Source: Candidatus Limnocylindria bacterium (GTDB lineage: Bacteria > Chloroflexota > Limnocylindria > QHBO01). From it: 64,000 nucleotides of DNA. Where the stretch lies: positions 22,252 to 86,251 of the forward strand of contig DATBRU010000019.1 of assembly GCA_036560105.1 (NCBI GenBank), read 5' to 3'. Below the pieces are notes generated by a model. The model did no database searches. It was not told the origin of the DNA and was given only the letters and a program-made list of their open reading frames with translations. Both the position numbers and the translations under genes were made by a program. How positions within the stretch are numbered: position 1 is the first letter of the stretch; each line of letters starts with the position of its first letter. Below, piece by piece: positions 1-10,239 of the stretch.

Positions 1-676
1 CTCCGGTTCGTCGTTGCGCTTCGAGAGGGCGCCCATGTTGGCGAGTGCCGCGAAGCTGACCGGCAGGATCGCGCTCTCGGTGCCCCCCGCGATCACCACG
101 TCGACGTCCCCGTGCTCGATGAGACGCTGCGCTTCGACGAAGGCCTGGACGCTCGAGGCGCAGGCCGCCACCGACGTGATCACCGGACCGCGGATCCCGT
201 TCTGGATGCTGATCTGGGCGGCGGCCATGGACGGCGACATCATCGGCACCATGAACGGGCTCACCCGCGCGGGCCCGCGGGTCTGAAACGTCGTCTCGCC
301 GAGCGCCACCTCCGCGAGGCCGCCGCCGCCGGTGTTGACGACGACGGCGATGTCGTCGCGATTGTGATCGCCGATCTCGAGGCCCGCGTCGTCGATCGCC
401 TGGCGAGCCGCGGCGACTCCGAAGTGCGCGAATCGGCTCATCCGGCGAGCCTGCTTGAAATCCATCCAGTCGCGCGGATCGAAGCCCTTTACCTCCGCGG
501 CGATCCGGACCTCCTGGTCGGTTGCGTCGAACTGGGTGATCGGTCCGACGCCGGACACCCCGGCGACGAGATGAGCCCAGAACGCGGCTGGATCGTTGCC
601 GATCGGGGTGATCGCGCCAAGCCCGGTGACCATGGCCCGCCGCGCCGGATCACGCGGCGGCGGGGGACGGCTCATG
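1..676 (-). CDS. beta-ketoacyl-ACP synthase (KAS I/II family), second tandem copy; C-terminus runs off the window edge (partial)
   Basis: Reverse-strand translation from ATG (complement of 674-676) reads MSRPPPPRDPARRAMVTGLGAITPIGND... then ...GPARVSPFMVPMMSPSMAAAQISIQNGIRGPVITSVAACASSVQAF, a typical KAS active-site Cys region. A GAGGA RBS overlaps the stop of the upstream KAS. This ORF is not in the supplied track because no stop codon lies in the window. Confidence 0.7.
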
Positions 677-683
677 AGAGCGG

Positions 684-1964
684 CTAGTCCTCGAAGCGGC
701 GGATGATGACGCTGCTGTTGTGGCCACCGAGGCCCATCGAGTTCGACAGCGCAACGCGGACGTCGGCGGCCCGAGCCTCGTTCGGGACATAGTCGAGCGT
801 CAGCTCCGGATCGGGATGGCGGTAGTTGATCGTCGGCGGGATGCAGCCGGTCGAGACGACCTTCGCGCATACGAACGCCTCGATCGCTCCGGCCGCGCCC
901 ATCGCGTGCCCGGTCATCGACTTCGTGCTGCTGACCGCCAGCCGATCGGCGTGCTCGCCGAAGACCTCACGGATGGCGACGGTCTCGAATCGGTCGTTGA
1001 GCGGCGTGCTCGTGCCATGGGCGTTGATGTAGTCGACCGCATCGGGTCCGATGCCGGCGCGCGCCAGGGCGGCCTTCATGGCGCGCTGGTTGCCCTCGCC
1101 GCGATCGGCGGGTGCCGCCATGTCGAACGCGTCGGCCGCCGACCCGAAGCCGATGACCTCGGCGATCGGCGTGGCGCCGCGAGCCCGCGCGTGCTCGAGC
1201 TCCTCCAGCACGAGGACCGCCGCGCCCTCCGAGACCACGAACCCGTCGCGGGTCAGGTCGAACGGGCGTGAGGCCATCTGCGCGTTGTACTCGCCGGTGT
1301 CCGGGTCCTTGGGCGTCCCCAGCGCCCGCATCTGGCTGAAGCCGGCGAAGGCGAGGGGCAGCAGCGGTGCCTCGGTGCCGGCGCCAAGCATGATGTCGGC
1401 CTGGCCGCGCACGATCGACTCCATTGCCTCACCGACCGCATGGCCGCCGGTCGCGCAGGCGCTCACCACCGCCATATTGGGACCGCGGATCCCGAACTCG
1501 ATGGCCACCTGGCCGGACGGCGAGTCGGGCAGCATGTGCGGCAGCATGAACGGGGAGACCCGCCGGGGCCCACGTTCCATGAGCGTCGTGTGGCCCTCGA
1601 GCAGGAGGCCGACGCCGCCGATCCCGCTGCCGAAGACCATCCCGAATCGGTCGGCGTCAACGTCGGGACCGACCATGCCGTTCTCACCGAGCAGCCCGGC
1701 GTGCCTCAGCGCCTCGCCGGTGGCGGCAACCGCCAGGTGGGTCGACCGGTCGTGGCGTCGGACGTCCTTCGGCGCCATGTAGTTCGTTGGCTCGAAGCCC
1801 TTCACCTCACCGGCGACGTCGGTATCGAAGGCCGAGGTGTCGAAGAAGGTGATGCGATCGATGCCTGACCGGCCGGCGACGAGTGCCTCCCAGCTTGCCT
1901 CGGCGCCGATGCCGACCGGCGAGACGATGCCAAGGCCGGTGATCACCGCCCGTCGGTCGGTCAC
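684..1964 (-). CDS. fabF: 3-oxoacyl-ACP synthase II (FabF/KasA-like)
   Basis: The 484-aa ORF contains the full KAS II fold (VITGLGIVSPVG..., SACATGGHAVGEA, HGTSTPLND, GHAMGAAG). The likely start is GTG (complement 1962-1964), giving a 4-nt overlap with the fabD stop. Confidence 0.85.
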   Translation of the reverse strand: MTDRRAVITGLGIVSPVGIGAEASWEALVAGRSGIDRITFFDTSAFDTDVAGEVKGFEPTNYMAPKDVRRHDRSTHLAVAATGEALRHAGLLGENGMVGPDVDADRFGMVFGSGIGGVGLLLEGHTTLMERGPRRVSPFMLPHMLPDSPSGQVAIEFGIRGPNMAVVSACATGGHAVGEAMESIVRGQADIMLGAGTEAPLLPLAFAGFSQMRALGTPKDPDTGEYNAQMASRPFDLTRDGFVVSEGAAVLVLEELEHARARGATPIAEVIGFGSAADAFDMAAPADRGEGNQRAMKAALARAGIGPDAVDYINAHGTSTPLNDRFETVAIREVFGEHADRLAVSSTKSMTGHAMGAAGAIEAFVCAKVVSTGCIPPTINYRHPDPELTLDYVPNEARAADVRVALSNSMGLGGHNSSVIIRRFED

Positions 1965-2953
1965 GCACGCTCCTCGCGGATCGCGCTGAGCATCCCGAGC
2001 ATGTCGGGGCCGTCGAGCGCGTGGGTGACGGCCTCGGGGCTGATCCGTCGGATCAGGCCGGACAGGACCCTCCCCGGACCGACCTCGACGAAATCGGTGA
2101 CGCCGGCGGCCGCCATGCGCCGCACGCTCGCCGTCCATTGGACGCCGTGCACGAGGTGATCGGTCAGCTCGGTCCGCAGGCCGTCGGCGGTGTTGATGAC
2201 CGACCCATGCACGTTCCCGAGCATCGGCACCTGCGGATCGCGAAACGGGACGATCGACAGGATCCTGCCGAACTCGTCACGCGCTCGACGCATGAGCGGG
2301 GAGTGGCTTGCGACGCTGACGGTCAGCCGCACCGCCTTGCGGGCGCCCACCGTCCTGCTCATCTCGAGCGCAAAGACGAGGGCGGGCACGACTCCGGAGA
2401 GCACGATCTGGCCCGGTGCATTCTGGTTGGCGACCGCGATCTCGCCATGCTCTCGTGCGGCGTCGACGATCTCGTGCACCTGCTCGTCCGATAGTCCGAC
2501 GACGGCGCCCATGCCACCCTCGATGCCACGCTCCTGCATGATGCGACCGCGCTCGCGGACGAGCCGCAGCGCGTCGTCGTAGTCGATGGCGTTGGCGGCG
2601 ACGGCGGCCGCATACTGACCGGCCGAGTGACCCGCCACGACCCGGGGGACGATCTCGATGCCTGCCGCGAGCGCGTCCTCGCGCATGGCGTCGAGAAAGG
2701 CGACGCTGGTGGCCAGGATGGCCGGCTGGGCGTTGATGGTGAGGTCGAGCTCCTCGGCTGGACCCTCGAGGATCATCCGGGACAGCGGGATCCCGAGCGC
2801 TGCATCGGCGCGCTCGAAGGCAGCGGCAGCGGCGGGGGAGCGCTCGATGAGCTCGGCGCCCATGCCGACGTACTGCGAGCCCTGGCCCGGGAAGACGAAC
2901 GCGATCGAGCGCGCAGGGGCCGGCGTATCGGGGAGTTCGATGGTTCGGGTCAT
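1961..2953 (-). CDS. fabD: malonyl CoA-ACP transacylase
   Basis: FVFPGQGSQYVGMG and GHSAGQYAA (GHSxG) motifs; 330 aa. Confidence 0.9.
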   Translation of the reverse strand: MTRTIELPDTPAPARSIAFVFPGQGSQYVGMGAELIERSPAAAAAFERADAALGIPLSRMILEGPAEELDLTINAQPAILATSVAFLDAMREDALAAGIEIVPRVVAGHSAGQYAAAVAANAIDYDDALRLVRERGRIMQERGIEGGMGAVVGLSDEQVHEIVDAAREHGEIAVANQNAPGQIVLSGVVPALVFALEMSRTVGARKAVRLTVSVASHSPLMRRARDEFGRILSIVPFRDPQVPMLGNVHGSVINTADGLRTELTDHLVHGVQWTASVRRMAAAGVTDFVEVGPGRVLSGLIRRISPEAVTHALDGPDMLGMLSAIREERA

Positions 2954-3014
2954 GCGGCAGCGTGCCTGTGGATATCCGGCAGCGAGTATAGCCGAGCGTG
3001 GGCCACGCTCAGGC

Positions 3015-4421
3015 TCAGCTGCCCTGGCGGGCCACGTACCGGGTCACGACATCGGCGAGCACCGGGAGTCCGAACTCGAGGGCGCTGATCGGCAGCCGCT
3101 CGTCGTCGCCATGGAAGAGCGACAGGAACGGCATGTCCGCATCGAGGCGCAATGGCGCGAAGCCGAAGCAGGGGATGTTGAGCTGGGCGAGCGCCTTCGC
3201 GTCGGTGCCCGGCGTGATCATCATCGGCACGGGCGTCCCCTCGGGGTCGGCGGCCCGGATGGCGTCGAACATGTGGACGACGATCTCCGCGTCCGACGGC
3301 CACTCGACCGGGGGCAGCGTCGCCACGGCCTCGACCCGGGCATCGTCGCCGACGACGTCCGCAAGGTGCCGAAGGAGCGCCTCCTGGTCGGTGCCGGGGA
3401 GCGTGCGAATGTCGACCTCGGCTTCGCCGGAGCCCGGGATGACGTTGACCTTCTTTCCCGCCTGCATGAGGGTCGGGGTCACGGTGTCTCGCAGCATCGC
3501 CTCGATGGAGCGCCGCAGTGTCGGGTCGTCGACCTTGCGCGCCAGCGCGTCCGACGCAGCCACCGGATCGACCTCGGCCATGCGAGCCACGTCGCCGAGA
3601 CCCAGGGCTTCGAGGAATGCCGCGACCACCGGAATCACACGCGCGGGTCGGCCCGCCTGGTCGGCGACCAGCGCGCTGACCGCGGCCGCGAGTTTGATCG
3701 CGGCATTGTCCTGGTGCGGCATCGAGCCATGACCGGGAGTGCCTGACGTCCGGAGCCGAGTCCAGGCGATGCCCTTTTCCGCCACCTGGACCGTGTAGAA
3801 CCGCTTGCCGCCAACGGTCATCGAGTACCCGCCGACCTCGTTGATCGCCGCCGCCGCGACCCGCCCGTCCGCGTCTGCGAAGAGCTCGGGCCGCGTCTCG
3901 ACCAGGCCGCGCGCACCGTGCAGCCCGCCCGCCTCCTCGTCGGCCATCGCGGCGAAGATGACGTCGCGGCGGAGCTCGATGCCCGAGTGCTTGAGCGCGG
4001 CCATGATCGCGAGCTCCATGGCAACCATGTTCTTCATGTCTACCGCCCCACGACCCCAGACCACGCCGTCCACAAGCTCCGCGCCGAACGGGTCCCGCGA
4101 CCATGACTCAACGTCGACCGGCACCACATCGATGTGGCTCGCGAGGATGAGCGGCGGCTCCGTCGCGGGGCCATCGGCGCGGATGCGGCCCAGACACGAT
4201 CCTCGGCCCGGCACCAGCTCGACGATCTCGGACTCAATCCCGGCGCCGGCGAGCACCTCGGCACAGAAGGTTGCCGCAGCGGTCTCGCCACCCATCGGGT
4301 CGAGTCCCGCGGCAACATCCGGCCCCCCGTCAGGTGGGTTCACGCTTGGAATGCGGATGAGATCCCGCAGGTTGCCGACGCAACCATCCAGGTCGAGGAA
4401 CGGCCGGAGGTCGAGAGTCAT
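3015..4421 (-). CDS. M20 family metallopeptidase (ArgE/DapE/dipeptidase-like)
   Basis: ASHIDVVPV...WGRGAVDMKN...AMADEEAGG motifs. The start was trimmed to MTLDLRPFL (ATG complement 4419-4421); the upstream part of the 598-aa ORF is low-complexity R-rich read-through. The start overlaps the MFS stop by 4 nt. Confidence 0.75.
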   Translation of the reverse strand: MTLDLRPFLDLDGCVGNLRDLIRIPSVNPPDGGPDVAAGLDPMGGETAAATFCAEVLAGAGIESEIVELVPGRGSCLGRIRADGPATEPPLILASHIDVVPVDVESWSRDPFGAELVDGVVWGRGAVDMKNMVAMELAIMAALKHSGIELRRDVIFAAMADEEAGGLHGARGLVETRPELFADADGRVAAAAINEVGGYSMTVGGKRFYTVQVAEKGIAWTRLRTSGTPGHGSMPHQDNAAIKLAAAVSALVADQAGRPARVIPVVAAFLEALGLGDVARMAEVDPVAASDALARKVDDPTLRRSIEAMLRDTVTPTLMQAGKKVNVIPGSGEAEVDIRTLPGTDQEALLRHLADVVGDDARVEAVATLPPVEWPSDAEIVVHMFDAIRAADPEGTPVPMMITPGTDAKALAQLNIPCFGFAPLRLDADMPFLSLFHGDDERLPISALEFGLPVLADVVTRYVARQGS

Positions 4422-5617
4422 GTCGTGGAGGGTAGCGCCGGAGGCCGGAATGCGATCATCGCCGCAACCGAGACCAGTGGCGCCAGGGTCCCGACCAGCA
4501 TCCCGGCGGTGATGTCGATTCGCGTCCAGAGCGCTGCGGCCGTCACCGAGCCGATCACGATCCCGATCGTCGAGGCTGCGTTGACGACACCGAAGACCCG
4601 AGCCATCCGATGCGGGCCGGCGCTGTCGGCCAGCAGCGCGTACCACGAGGCACTGAACGCGGTCAGGCCGCCGCCGGCGAGGATGGCGATGCCGAAGACG
4701 GCCGCCTGCGGGAGCCCGACGACGAGGCTCGCCCCGAAGGCCACGAGTGCGAGCGGGGCGAGAGTGGCGACCCGCGCCCGCCCGACGCGATCGGCGATGT
4801 GGGCCAGCCACGGGCCCAGGAGGATGCTGCCCGCACCGAAGAACGAGAAGGCGATCCCAACGTCGACAATCGACCAGCCGAGGCGTTCCGTCGCCAGGAC
4901 GGCGTACGTGGTGATGAAGGCGCCGTAGCTGGCCAGCAGCGCGAGATTGGCCAGCAGCAGGATGCTGAGCGGGCGAAGGTCGAGGGGTTCGTCAGATGCC
5001 GGTCCGGCGTCCTCGGCGCGTTCCCTCCTCGGCGACGGAAGAAACAGCGAGCCCACCAGCGCGATCGCACTGGTGGCCGCCACGATCACGAACGGCGCAC
5101 GCAGGCCGCCAACAGAGGCCGCGAGCCCTCCGACCACCGGGCCGGCGACGGTCCCGAGCGACTGCCCGGCCGACACGATGCCGTTCGCGAACGCGCGCCG
5201 CGCGGGCTCGACGACCTGGGTCAGGTAGATGCGCTCCGACACGATCACGGCCCCTCCGCCGAAACCGGCCAGCGTGCGCCAGCCGAGCAGCCACGGCGCG
5301 CTCACGGCCGTGGCGATCAGCGCGTTCATGGCGGCGTAGAAGCCGATCCCAGCGGTCATGAGACGGCGGGCACCCCGGCGTTCCGCGAGGAAACCGGCCG
5401 CCAGCTGACCCATCGCATTGGTGACGGCGAACGAGCCCGTCAGAAGCCCCAGGAGGAACGGAGGCGCGCCGAGCTCGGTTGCGTACAGCGGCAGAAGCGG
5501 CAGCATGACCGAGATTCCGACCTGGCTGATGAAGCCGATGCCTGCGAGCAGCCAGAGCGCCGGCCCGATGGCGCCGAAGGGGCTGGCAACGCGAGGGCTC
5601 GGCGTCGGGTCCGGCAT
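4418..5617 (-). CDS. MFS transporter
   Basis: About twelve predicted hydrophobic helices; MFS-like GxLaDrxGrR motif (FLAERRGARR). Confidence 0.75.
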   Translation of the reverse strand: MPDPTPSPRVASPFGAIGPALWLLAGIGFISQVGISVMLPLLPLYATELGAPPFLLGLLTGSFAVTNAMGQLAAGFLAERRGARRLMTAGIGFYAAMNALIATAVSAPWLLGWRTLAGFGGGAVIVSERIYLTQVVEPARRAFANGIVSAGQSLGTVAGPVVGGLAASVGGLRAPFVIVAATSAIALVGSLFLPSPRRERAEDAGPASDEPLDLRPLSILLLANLALLASYGAFITTYAVLATERLGWSIVDVGIAFSFFGAGSILLGPWLAHIADRVGRARVATLAPLALVAFGASLVVGLPQAAVFGIAILAGGGLTAFSASWYALLADSAGPHRMARVFGVVNAASTIGIVIGSVTAAALWTRIDITAGMLVGTLAPLVSVAAMIAFRPPALPSTT

Positions 5618-5686
5618 GCACGCCGGATCGTACCGCCATGGAACTCACGCGAATTCGGGCGTCACGATGGACGCGGTCGCCCTCGG

Positions 5687-6085
5687 TCAGCCGATCGCGA
5701 CCAGTGCGGCGAGCCGGCCTTCGGTGACTGAGACGATCCACCCGTGCAGGGAGAGGGTGCGTCCCTCAGCGAAGTCCGACCGGATCCTTCGGTCAAGATG
5801 CGCCGCGAGGCGTCGCTGGCCAAGGTCATATGCGGCCCGGCCCGGCTGACTGCCGATCAGCGCGGCAACGAGGCGATCTCGCGATGCCTCTGACGGCACC
5901 TGCGCGAGGTACGCGGTTCCCAGGGCGGCCGCGGCCGCACCATGGGGCAGCAGCGCCCTGAGCCGACCCGCCACGAGGCCCTGGTACGCCGGCTGATGTC
6001 GGTACCCCACAGCGACGACGGAGAAGGCGATCGTTCCCGCCAGCTTGAGGAGCGAACGCCGGCTGATCGGGCCGGGCATCGTCAT
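5687..6085 (-). CDS. small Tat-signal protein, probable subunit partner of the adjacent GMC oxidoreductase (gluconate 2-dehydrogenase subunit-3-like)
   Basis: N-terminal twin-arginine motif SRRSLLKLAG. It has a 4-nt overlap with the GMC gene stop. Confidence 0.45.
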   Translation of the reverse strand: MTMPGPISRRSLLKLAGTIAFSVVAVGYRHQPAYQGLVAGRLRALLPHGAAAAALGTAYLAQVPSEASRDRLVAALIGSQPGRAAYDLGQRRLAAHLDRRIRSDFAEGRTLSLHGWIVSVTEGRLAALVAIG

Positions 6086-7785
6086 CCGATCTCCGCCCGC
6101 AGGTGGTCGGCGAGGCGCAGGGCCAGCGCAATCAGGGTCAGCGTGGGCGTCGCGGAGCCGCCGGTCGTGAACGTCGAGCTGCCGGCAACATACAGATTGC
6201 TCACGCCGTGGACCCGACAGTCGGCATCGACAACTCCCCTCTTGGGGTCCGCGCTCATGCGCGTTGTCCCCATGTGATGATACCCACCCTCGAGATCCGA
6301 CGGCCAGCCCTCGCCCTCCGAAAGCCGCACGCGGAGCCGGCCGATCCCGGTGCGTCCGAGCTCCTGTCCGAGCACCTGCAGGGCGCGATCGACCGACTCG
6401 CGGTCGATGGGGCTCAACCGCCAGTCGAGATTCGGCCGGGGCATGCCGAATTCGTCGCGCTCGGTGCCGAGCGTGACCCGGCTGTCGGGGTTCGGGGCCT
6501 GGTCGATCCGTGTCGAGATCTCGATCCTCTCGACCGGTGGTGAGCCCGAGACCTCGCCATACCCGAAGACCGCGATGTCCCCGAAGAACTCGGGGAGGAG
6601 GGCGTCGAGCTGCTCGGGTGAGGCCTCGGCAATGATGCGCACGAGGTCGGGCTGGGGGACGGGCAGGCCGCCACCAGGCACCAGCAGTCGACGCCAGCTG
6701 GTCAGATCGTCGAGCACCCTCCCCGCGTCGTCGGCAAGGTTTCCCCTGCCCGATCCGCCCCGCACGCCTTCGACGAGGCGACGAAGGGCCTCGACCTCCG
6801 CCGACCGCCGGGCGCGCTCGTGCGGGCCGGTGAGGATCGGGAACAGACGCATCTGGACATCCACCAGCCCCTCGCTCTCCCGGAGTCCTTCCGCGAGGGC
6901 GAGGTAGCCCAGGACCCGCGATCCTTCGACGAGGTGCTGCTCATAGAAGGAGAATGACACCGCCTCGCCAAGGGGCTCGATGATCCCGCCGATGAACCGG
7001 GGATGTTCGAGGAAGTAGCGGCCGACGAGGCCCTCGCCGTTGCCGACCCCGTTCGGCTGTTGGCGATTGGATGCGAGGAGGATCCGGGGGTTCTCGATCC
7101 CGCCCGCGGCAAGCACGAATCGCCGGGCCGTCACCGTGAAGGTACGCCCCGGGGTGGCGACGACGAGGTCGCGGACCGTGGCGTGGTCATCGGAGAGCCT
7201 GACATCCACGACGTTGGCGTTGAGGTACGTCGTGACCCTCGGCGCGTCGGCGATCTCGTCGGCATAGACGGTGTTGAAGCTGCGTCGCGTCGGATCGACG
7301 ATCAGCGCCACGCGGGTCTCGATCGCCTCGGGATCGAGCGGAAGCGGGCCGAATCGGCTCCGTCCGGCCCAGGTGTCCACGTCCCACTCCGACGAGTCGA
7401 GCTGGGCGATCCGGCCGGCCTCGTCGTAGTACGGCGCGAGGTCGCTGAGGGTGATCGGCCACGCGGTGTCGGGAACGCCCTCGGTGCCCCTCAGATCGGC
7501 CTCGTCGAAGGGGCGGCACGTCCCGCCCCAATGGTTGGTGGTGCCGCCGAAGTAGCGCAGACGGGCGCCGACCAGCGGGAAGTAGTCGAGCCCGCTGCTC
7601 GTTCCTTCGTTCAGGCGCTGCGTCTCCGGCTCGAGGGTCAGCCCTCCGCTCTCGAGGAGGACGGTGCGGAACGGAGCGTCCGCGAGCTCGTTGGCGAGGG
7701 CAATCCCAGCCGCTCCAGCCCCGACGATGCACAGGTCAGCGGTGATCGACTCGCCGTCGGCGAGAGAACGGGCGTCGATCATCAT
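6082..7785 (-). CDS. GMC family FAD-dependent oxidoreductase
   Basis: FAD-binding CIVGAGAAGIALANELAD near the N-terminus. The C-terminal region (...GSSTFTTGG...) is consistent with the GMC family by general resemblance rather than a conserved GMC signature; the active-site His was not confirmed. Start trimmed to MMIDARS with GGAG about 11 nt upstream. Confidence 0.8.
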   Translation of the reverse strand: MMIDARSLADGESITADLCIVGAGAAGIALANELADAPFRTVLLESGGLTLEPETQRLNEGTSSGLDYFPLVGARLRYFGGTTNHWGGTCRPFDEADLRGTEGVPDTAWPITLSDLAPYYDEAGRIAQLDSSEWDVDTWAGRSRFGPLPLDPEAIETRVALIVDPTRRSFNTVYADEIADAPRVTTYLNANVVDVRLSDDHATVRDLVVATPGRTFTVTARRFVLAAGGIENPRILLASNRQQPNGVGNGEGLVGRYFLEHPRFIGGIIEPLGEAVSFSFYEQHLVEGSRVLGYLALAEGLRESEGLVDVQMRLFPILTGPHERARRSAEVEALRRLVEGVRGGSGRGNLADDAGRVLDDLTSWRRLLVPGGGLPVPQPDLVRIIAEASPEQLDALLPEFFGDIAVFGYGEVSGSPPVERIEISTRIDQAPNPDSRVTLGTERDEFGMPRPNLDWRLSPIDRESVDRALQVLGQELGRTGIGRLRVRLSEGEGWPSDLEGGYHHMGTTRMSADPKRGVVDADCRVHGVSNLYVAGSSTFTTGGSATPTLTLIALALRLADHLRAEIG

Positions 7786-7832
7786 GGGTATGCTCCGTGG
7801 CGCGGCTCGAATGAATCCGCCAGATTCTAGGG

Positions 7833-8402
7833 GTGAGGGGCCATCGGCGAACCATGACCGAAGTGCCAGAGCCACGGCGAAACCCGGCTACCGTTCGGCG
7901 CCGTCTCGCGGCCTATGTGATTGACTGTCTTCTCGTCGGCATCGTCGGTTTCGGCGTGGCCGCCGTTGTCTCCGCCGTGGTCGGGGCGGCTCTCACCGTC
8001 GAGGCGTCGGCCGATGGCGTCACCGAGCTCGTGCTTGATCCGACGCGTTTCGCGCTCCAGGCGGCGGCAGTCACGGTCGCGAGTGCGCTGTACTTCACTG
8101 CCGGCTGGTCCGGACCCTGGTTGGCCACGCCCGGCCAGCATGCCGTTCGCGTCCAGGTCGTCGATGCGCACGAGGGCGGTCGTCTCGGGGTGCCTCGCGC
8201 CATCGGTCGGTGGCTCGCGTTGGGCGCTCCGCTCGGGTTCCTCGCGGCTCTCGTCGTCGAGTCAGCGCCCTGGTGGTCGCTCGTGGTTGTGACCGCGGCA
8301 GCCTGGTCCGTCGTCCTGCTCGTGACCTCGTGGCGGAACGCGCGACGGCGCGGCCTCCATGACCGGCTGGTCGGCAGCGTCGTCGTCCATCGTTCGGCCT
8401 AG
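7833..8402 (+). CDS. RDD family membrane protein
   Basis: Hydrophobic segments and a C-terminal R..D..D pattern (RRGLHDRLVGSVVV). An alternative start at MTEVPE (7851) is possible. Confidence 0.6.
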   Translation: MRGHRRTMTEVPEPRRNPATVRRRLAAYVIDCLLVGIVGFGVAAVVSAVVGAALTVEASADGVTELVLDPTRFALQAAAVTVASALYFTAGWSGPWLATPGQHAVRVQVVDAHEGGRLGVPRAIGRWLALGAPLGFLAALVVESAPWWSLVVVTAAAWSVVLLVTSWRNARRRGLHDRLVGSVVVHRSA

Positions 8403-8428
8403 CCTCCACCGGTGAGTCGCCGCGTAGA

Positions 8429-9886
8429 ATGCGGCCCATGACCACCGAGGTCCGCGCTCCCTCCGTGCCGATCTACCTCGCCGGCAGCTTCGTCGAGGCA
8501 GGCTCGTCGCTCGACGTCCTCAACCCGGCCGACGGATCGCTGGTGGCGACCACCTACCAGGCCGGCGAGGACGAGCTCGAGCGCGCAACGGTGGCCGCGG
8601 TCGAGGCATTCGAGCTCACGAGGCGGCTCCCCTCGTACGCTCGGAGAGATGCCCTCGCGCACGTGGCGAGCTGCATCGAGCGCGACGCGGATGACCTTTC
8701 GACACTCCTCAGCCGCGAGTCGGGAAAGCCGATGCGCGACGCCCGTGGCGAGGTTGCGCGCGGGGCGCTCACGTTCCGTATCGCCGCCGAGGAATCCACT
8801 CGCATCAACGGCGAGTGGCTGCCGCTCGACCAGGCGCCGGCCAACGCGGGGCGCCATGGCATCGTCCGCCGGTACCCGATCGGTCCGGTGGCCGGCATCA
8901 GCCCGTTCAACTTCCCGCTCAACCTGGCCGCGCACAAGGTGGCGCCGGCCATCGCCGCCGGGTGCAGCATCGTGCTCAAGCCGCCGTCAAAGGATCCGCT
9001 CGTGATGCTGCGCGTCGCGAGCTACATCGACGAGACCGACCTGCCCAAGGGAGCGGTGAGCGTCCTGCCGATGGATCGGCCGACGGGCGACCGGATGGTC
9101 TCCGATGATCGGTTCAAGCTCCTCAGCTTCACCGGTTCGCCATCGGTCGGCTGGAAGATGAAGGCCGAGGCGGGCAAGAAGAAGGTCGTCCTCGAGCTCG
9201 GTGGCAATGCCGGTGCCATCGTCGACGAGACGGCCGACCTCGACTGGGCGGTCGAGCGGCTCGTCTACGGCGCCTTCGCGTATGCCGGCCAGGTCTGCAT
9301 CAGCGTGCAGCGCATCTATGTCGTGCGCGAGATCTACGACGAGTTCGAACGCCGATTCGTCGACCGAGCAGCATCTGTGACGGTCGGTGATCCTCTCGAT
9401 CCTGCGACCGAGCTTGGGCCGATGGTCGACGAGCACGCGGTCGAGCGCACCGATCGGTGGGTCCAGGAGGCGGTCGATGGCGGAGCGCGTGCTCTCGTTC
9501 GCGGGCAGCCCGACGGCCGCTGGTTCGGGCCGACCGTCCTCGTCGACGTGCCGCGCGACGCGATGATCTGCTCCGAGGAGGCGTTCGCCCCGGTGGTCAA
9601 CCTGTTCGCCGTGGACTCGTTCGACGCCGCCATGAGCGAGATCAACGCCAGCCGCTTCGGCCTCCAATGCGGCGTGTTCACCAGCTCGCTCGATCGGACC
9701 CTGCGCGCGCATGATGAGCTGGACGTGGGAGGCATCATCGTCAACGACGTCCCAACCTGGCGCACGGATGCCATGCCGTACGGCGGCGTCAAGGACTCGG
9801 GACTGGGCCGCGAAGGCCTGCGCTGGAGCATCGAGGACATGACCGAACCGCGCCTGCTGGCCTTCGCCCGCCCGCCAACGACGTGA
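8429..9886 (+). CDS. NAD(P)-dependent aldehyde dehydrogenase
   Basis: 485 aa with ALDH-family features: catalytic Cys region GQVCISVQR and Glu motif LELGGNAG. Confidence 0.85.
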   Translation: MRPMTTEVRAPSVPIYLAGSFVEAGSSLDVLNPADGSLVATTYQAGEDELERATVAAVEAFELTRRLPSYARRDALAHVASCIERDADDLSTLLSRESGKPMRDARGEVARGALTFRIAAEESTRINGEWLPLDQAPANAGRHGIVRRYPIGPVAGISPFNFPLNLAAHKVAPAIAAGCSIVLKPPSKDPLVMLRVASYIDETDLPKGAVSVLPMDRPTGDRMVSDDRFKLLSFTGSPSVGWKMKAEAGKKKVVLELGGNAGAIVDETADLDWAVERLVYGAFAYAGQVCISVQRIYVVREIYDEFERRFVDRAASVTVGDPLDPATELGPMVDEHAVERTDRWVQEAVDGGARALVRGQPDGRWFGPTVLVDVPRDAMICSEEAFAPVVNLFAVDSFDAAMSEINASRFGLQCGVFTSSLDRTLRAHDELDVGGIIVNDVPTWRTDAMPYGGVKDSGLGREGLRWSIEDMTEPRLLAFARPPTT

Positions 9887-10239
9887 TCGACGCCACCGCG
9901 ACGCGGTACGCGCGCGTCCTTCGGGCCGACGAGCTCCGCGATGGCGAGCTGATTCCCGTCGAGATCGACGGCATCCCGGTTGTCCTGGTGCGGCACAACG
10001 GTGAGTTCTTCGCCGTACAGAACAACTGCTCGCACAAGGATTTCCCGCTCTCGGAAGCGGGTTTCGATCCCCGCGATGGCGTGCTCATCTGCGCCTGGCA
10101 CAACGGCTGTTTCGACGTGCGCACCGGCGCGGCGGTCGTGCCCCCGGCCACGGAGCCGGTCGAGACGTTCGGGGTCCGGGTCAGCGACGGCTGGGTCGAG
10201 ATCGCGCTCACCGGGAGCCTCTCGGGACCAGCACGATGA
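9883..10239 (+). CDS. Rieske [2Fe-2S] domain protein
   Basis: CSHKDFPL ... CAWHNGCF (CxH-N15-CxxH). ATGA overlap with the aldehyde dehydrogenase stop. Confidence 0.8.
   Translation: MIDATATRYARVLRADELRDGELIPVEIDGIPVVLVRHNGEFFAVQNNCSHKDFPLSEAGFDPRDGVLICAWHNGCFDVRTGAAVVPPATEPVETFGVRVSDGWVEIALTGSLSGPAR

Noticed and set aside
112-687. 191-aa plus-strand ORF at the window start
   Set aside because: The opposite strand encodes a convincing beta-ketoacyl synthase N-terminus with an RBS; the plus-strand product is R/D/G-rich noise.
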